Below are positions 60,839 to 64,000 of a DNA stretch of 64,000 nt, one piece after another. Position 1 is the stretch's first letter. The number at the start of each line of letters is the position of its first letter. The translations under genes were made by a program, and so were the position numbers. The notes under the pieces were generated by a model. That model made no database searches. It saw only the letters and a list, made by a program, of their open reading frames with translations, and had not been told where the DNA came from. Origin of the DNA: Terriglobia bacterium (GTDB lineage Bacteria > Acidobacteriota > Terriglobia > JAJPHL01 > JAPKYU01); the NCBI GenBank assembly GCA_965223005.1, contig CBDCVK010000002.1, forward strand, positions 256,001-320,000, read 5' to 3'.

Positions 60839-61566
60839 AGTTGCTGGGGTTGTTGTTGTAGAACGGCAGCCGCGGCTCTGTCCACCAGCCATACCACCTG
60901 GCCTGACGCGGGCCGCACCAGCGCCGCCGGTAGTTGCGAATCCAGAGGGCCTTCCAGTGCCGCTGCCAACACCGGCGCCTTGGCCGCCCCGGTCACCAGG
61001 AATAAGACCTCACGGGCGGCATTCAGCGCAGCTAGTGTGAGGCTGATTCGCTCGATGCTCCCCTTCGCGGTGGTGACCACCAGGCGCTTCTGTTCCCGCA
61101 GCGCGGGGGAACCTGGGAACAGCGAGACCGTATGGCCATCCGCACCCATTCCCAGCAGGGCCACATGGAAGCGGAGAGGACCTGCGAAGAACTCCCGCAG
61201 CTCGCGCTCATAGCTGGCGGCCGCTTCCTCCGGGGGCAGCTCAGTCCGAATCCGATGAATGTGATCCTCAGGAATTACGATCCGGGACAACAACGTCTCA
61301 GCCACCATCCGGTAATTGCTCTTTGGGTCCGACAGCGGAACCGCGCGCTCATCTCCCCAGAACAGGTGTGTGCGGCCCCAGTCCAGGCGATCGCGATACT
61401 CGGTCGAGCCTAACAGTGCGTACAGTCGCCGGGGCGTCTGACCACCCGACAGCAGCAGAGTGAAGCGCCCCTCGTCTGCCACGGCCTCCTGTCCAACCCG
61501 TAGGATCCGCTCGGCCGCCTCACGGCACAGGCCATCGGAATCGGCGAAGATGCGCAGCTCACTCAA
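60835..61566 (-). CDS. pgl: 6-phosphogluconolactonase
   Basis: LSGGQTP, FWGDERAVP, SNY, LLGMGADGHTVSLFP, RISLT. Confidence 0.93.
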   Translation of the reverse strand: MSELRIFADSDGLCREAAERILRVGQEAVADEGRFTLLLSGGQTPRRLYALLGSTEYRDRLDWGRTHLFWGDERAVPLSDPKSNYRMVAETLLSRIVIPEDHIHRIRTELPPEEAAASYERELREFFAGPLRFHVALLGMGADGHTVSLFPGSPALREQKRLVVTTAKGSIERISLTLAALNAAREVLFLVTGAAKAPVLAAALEGPLDSQLPAALVRPASGQVVWLVDRAAAAVLQQQPQQL

Positions 61567-61702
61567 TGCAGCGATTTCCCGTCCCGAAACTAGCGCCCAG
61601 CCCTACCGTTGCCAGTTCCATTCCATGTCTATCCTCGCAGGTGGCCTCGCGGTTGGTCCGTGACCACCTGCTGCCTTCGAAGCGGCCGGACATTTCGTTC
61701 CT

Positions 61703-62827
61703 CTAACGCCCAGAGGTCGCGCTGGACGCGGTGCCCAGGAGAGCCTCTCGCTTCGAGGCCAGTGACTGCGTCAACTTGTCAAAGGAGTCGGCAAACAGTT
61801 TTACGCCCTCGTCCTGAAGCTGCTGCATGACTGCGGGGACATCCACACCCGCCTGTGCCAAACGCTCGAACGTCCGACGCGCTTCGTCCGCGCCTTCCTC
61901 TAGCGTAGCTCGCGCCTTGCCATGATCGCGGAAGGCGGCGACGGAAACGTCGGGCATAGTATCCACTGTCTCGGGACCAATCAGGGCTTCAACGTACATC
62001 ACATCACTGTACTTTGGATTCTTGGTGCTGGTGGAACCCCAAAGCAGGCGCTGTGGCCGCGCGCCGCCGGCGCGCAGGGCGGCAAAGCGCGGGCCGTGGA
62101 AAATCTCCTTGTAGCTCTGGTAAAGCAGCCGGGAATTGGCGATGGCCGCCTTGCCGAGCAGCTCCTCCGGAGCACCTGTCTTCTCCAGAATCTTGTCCAC
62201 GGCCGTATCCACCCGGCTGACAAACAGGCTGGCGACGGAGGCAATCTGCCGCACATCGCGCCCTTCCCGCTCGCGCTGCTCCAGGCCGCGGATGTAGGCC
62301 GTGGCCACCTGCTCGTAAGTCTCGCCGGCAAACATCAACGTCACGTTGATGTTCAGGCCGACCGCGATCAGATGTTCAATCGCAGGGATACCGGCCGGCG
62401 TCGCCGGAACCTTAATCATCAGGTTGGGGCGCCCGACGCTGTTCCACAAGTGCACAGCTTCGGCAATGGTCGCCTGGGTATCGTGCGCCAGCTTCGGGGA
62501 GACCTCCAGGCAGACGTACCCGTCGTTACCGCTCTCCCGGTCGTAGAGGGGGCGAAACACGTCAGCGGCCGCCTGGATGTCGGCCACGGCCAGCGATTCG
62601 TAAACCTCAGGCACCTCAAGCCCGCGGCCCACCAGCTCGCGAATGGCATCGTCGTAGTCGGCGCTGCCTGCAATGGCCTTCTCAAAAATCGTGGGGTTCG
62701 AGGTCATCCCTCGCAGGCCATCCTCGTCAATCATGCGCTTCAGCTCGCCCGAAGCCAGCATTCGCCGGTTGATGTTGTCGTACCAAAAGCTGTGACCGAA
62801 CTTGTGTAGTTCTACCAGCGGATTCAT
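61703..62827 (-). CDS. tal: Transaldolase (long type)
   Basis: WYDNI, GMTSNPTIFEKA, NLMIKVPAT (Schiff-base Lys), ASLFVSRVD, LWGSTSTK. Confidence 0.95.
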   Translation of the reverse strand: MNPLVELHKFGHSFWYDNINRRMLASGELKRMIDEDGLRGMTSNPTIFEKAIAGSADYDDAIRELVGRGLEVPEVYESLAVADIQAAADVFRPLYDRESGNDGYVCLEVSPKLAHDTQATIAEAVHLWNSVGRPNLMIKVPATPAGIPAIEHLIAVGLNINVTLMFAGETYEQVATAYIRGLEQREREGRDVRQIASVASLFVSRVDTAVDKILEKTGAPEELLGKAAIANSRLLYQSYKEIFHGPRFAALRAGGARPQRLLWGSTSTKNPKYSDVMYVEALIGPETVDTMPDVSVAAFRDHGKARATLEEGADEARRTFERLAQAGVDVPAVMQQLQDEGVKLFADSFDKLTQSLASKREALLGTASSATSGR

Positions 62828-64000
62828 AGCTTGCCCTTTCCTTCCTCAATCAACAGGGTGTACAAGCGCTTCTGTCGTTCCAGGCCTTCACCGTAGCGGG
62901 CCGAACGTCCGGGGTCGGGTTCGAAAACGCGGCCCTGGGCGGCCGGAGCGTCTTCCAGGCTAGTCAGTAGGCCGAGGGATTCCAGCGCCAGTAGAGCGGC
63001 GCCCCGGCTGGAAGCTTCCGGTTCGTCGGAAATGGTCACCGGGCGGCCGAGCACGTCGGCCATCATTTGGGTCCAGGCGGGCGATGCGCGCAGCGCGCTG
63101 CCCGAGGCGACAATTTCCCGTGCCGGCGGCAGATGTTGCTGCATCTGCTCGGCCACCAAGGCGAACCGGTAGGCCACGGCCTCCAGGCCGGCGCGCAAGA
63201 TGTTAATAGGCTGGGTGTGGAAAGTCAGCCCGGTGACGGCCGCGCGGGCATGGCCTGCCCAGCCGGGGCTGCGCTCGCCAGAAGGGAACGGCAAGAAGGT
63301 AAGGCGATGGTCGTCGGGGCCGAGCTCGGCGAGGGAACGCTCCAGCGCCTCATTGCTCGTGCCGTTGAACGCCAGCAGGCCGCGCAACCAGGCAAATACA
63401 TCTCCTCCGCCGGTGAGCGCGCCACCCAACACGAAACACCGGCCGTCTACGCGGTAGCACCACAGGCCCGCAGGAATCTCAACCCGCGCCGTCTCCCAAA
63501 CTACGCGCATCGCCCCGGAGGTGCCTACCATCAGAGCCACACGGTCCGGAGTCGTGCAGCCGCTGCCGATATTGTTGCAGGCACCGTCTCCCAGCGCCGG
63601 AAACCAGGGCGCACGGGCCAGCGCAGGCCAGCGCCCGGCGTAGGGTGGACAGAGGCCATCCAACCGCGTATCGAGTTCCACAGGCGGGGAGAGCTGCTCA
63701 ACCCGCGCCGGCAGCGCCGCCAACAATTCCTCGTCCCAACGGCATTCATTTTGGCAGAACAGGCCGGTACCGGACGCCATCGAGATGCTGCACAACGAAC
63801 GCCCAAACAGCCGCCAGTGCAAGTACTCCCCAGGCGACATCCAGCAGGCCACCCGGCGAAGGAGTTCTGGCTGCGTCTCTCCCAGCCAAGCCAGGCGTGC
63901 CGGAAAATAGCTGGAGTGCAGCACGGCACCGGTGCGGGCGTGTACGGCCTGCGCGTCCAGTCGTTGCTTGAGCCGCTCCGCCGCCTGACTGCTGCGCGCA
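62824..64000 (-). CDS. FGGY-family gluconokinase (5' end outside the window)
   Basis: HSSYFPARL, SISMASGTGL, GDGACNNIGSG, GTSGAMR, GERSPGW, EASSRGAA; in operon with tal and pgl. Confidence 0.85.
   Translation of the reverse strand, partial: ARSSQAAERLKQRLDAQAVHARTGAVLHSSYFPARLAWLGETQPELLRRVACWMSPGEYLHWRLFGRSLCSISMASGTGLFCQNECRWDEELLAALPARVEQLSPPVELDTRLDGLCPPYAGRWPALARAPWFPALGDGACNNIGSGCTTPDRVALMVGTSGAMRVVWETARVEIPAGLWCYRVDGRCFVLGGALTGGGDVFAWLRGLLAFNGTSNEALERSLAELGPDDHRLTFLPFPSGERSPGWAGHARAAVTGLTFHTQPINILRAGLEAVAYRFALVAEQMQQHLPPAREIVASGSALRASPAWTQMMADVLGRPVTISDEPEASSRGAALLALESLGLLTSLEDAPAAQGRVFEPDPGRSARYGEGLERQKRLYTLLIEEGKGKL

Overview
High-GC bacterial chromosome segment, most likely Acidobacteriota (TIGR03437-type C-terminal domain, acidobacterial-type TonB-dependent receptor, DUF507, DUF1549/DUF1553 plus DUF1501 pair, recO-glyQ-glyS-ppdK order). 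It splits into two halves at a tRNA-Ala(GGC) gene (34714-34789, minus). Left of it (1 to ~35.2 kb) is an accessory mosaic: intact small catabolic or redox clusters interspersed with gene stubs, chimeric junctions, frameshifted genes, three tyrosine-integrase remnants, one serine-recombinase remnant and several MITE/REP-like palindromes. Right of it (~35.3-64 kb) are densely packed, apparently intact housekeeping and envelope genes (qor, bCcP-family protein, M48 protease, bshB1, rhomboid, recO, glyQS, ppdK, GH2, kdsC, pgl, tal, gluconokinase). Best candidates for follow-up: (i) a 1.75-kb element bounded by a 46-bp duplication of the tRNA 3' half and carrying an HU gene; (ii) a translationally coupled FAD-oxidoreductase / Fe-S protein / geranylgeranyl-reductase-like operon with non-canonical motifs; (iii) a 158-bp structured element with 24-bp terminal inverted repeats; (iv) a REP doublet nested inside a second inverted-repeat shell. 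No CRISPR array, rRNA or intact transposase was seen. All family calls are from motif recognition by eye, with no database search.
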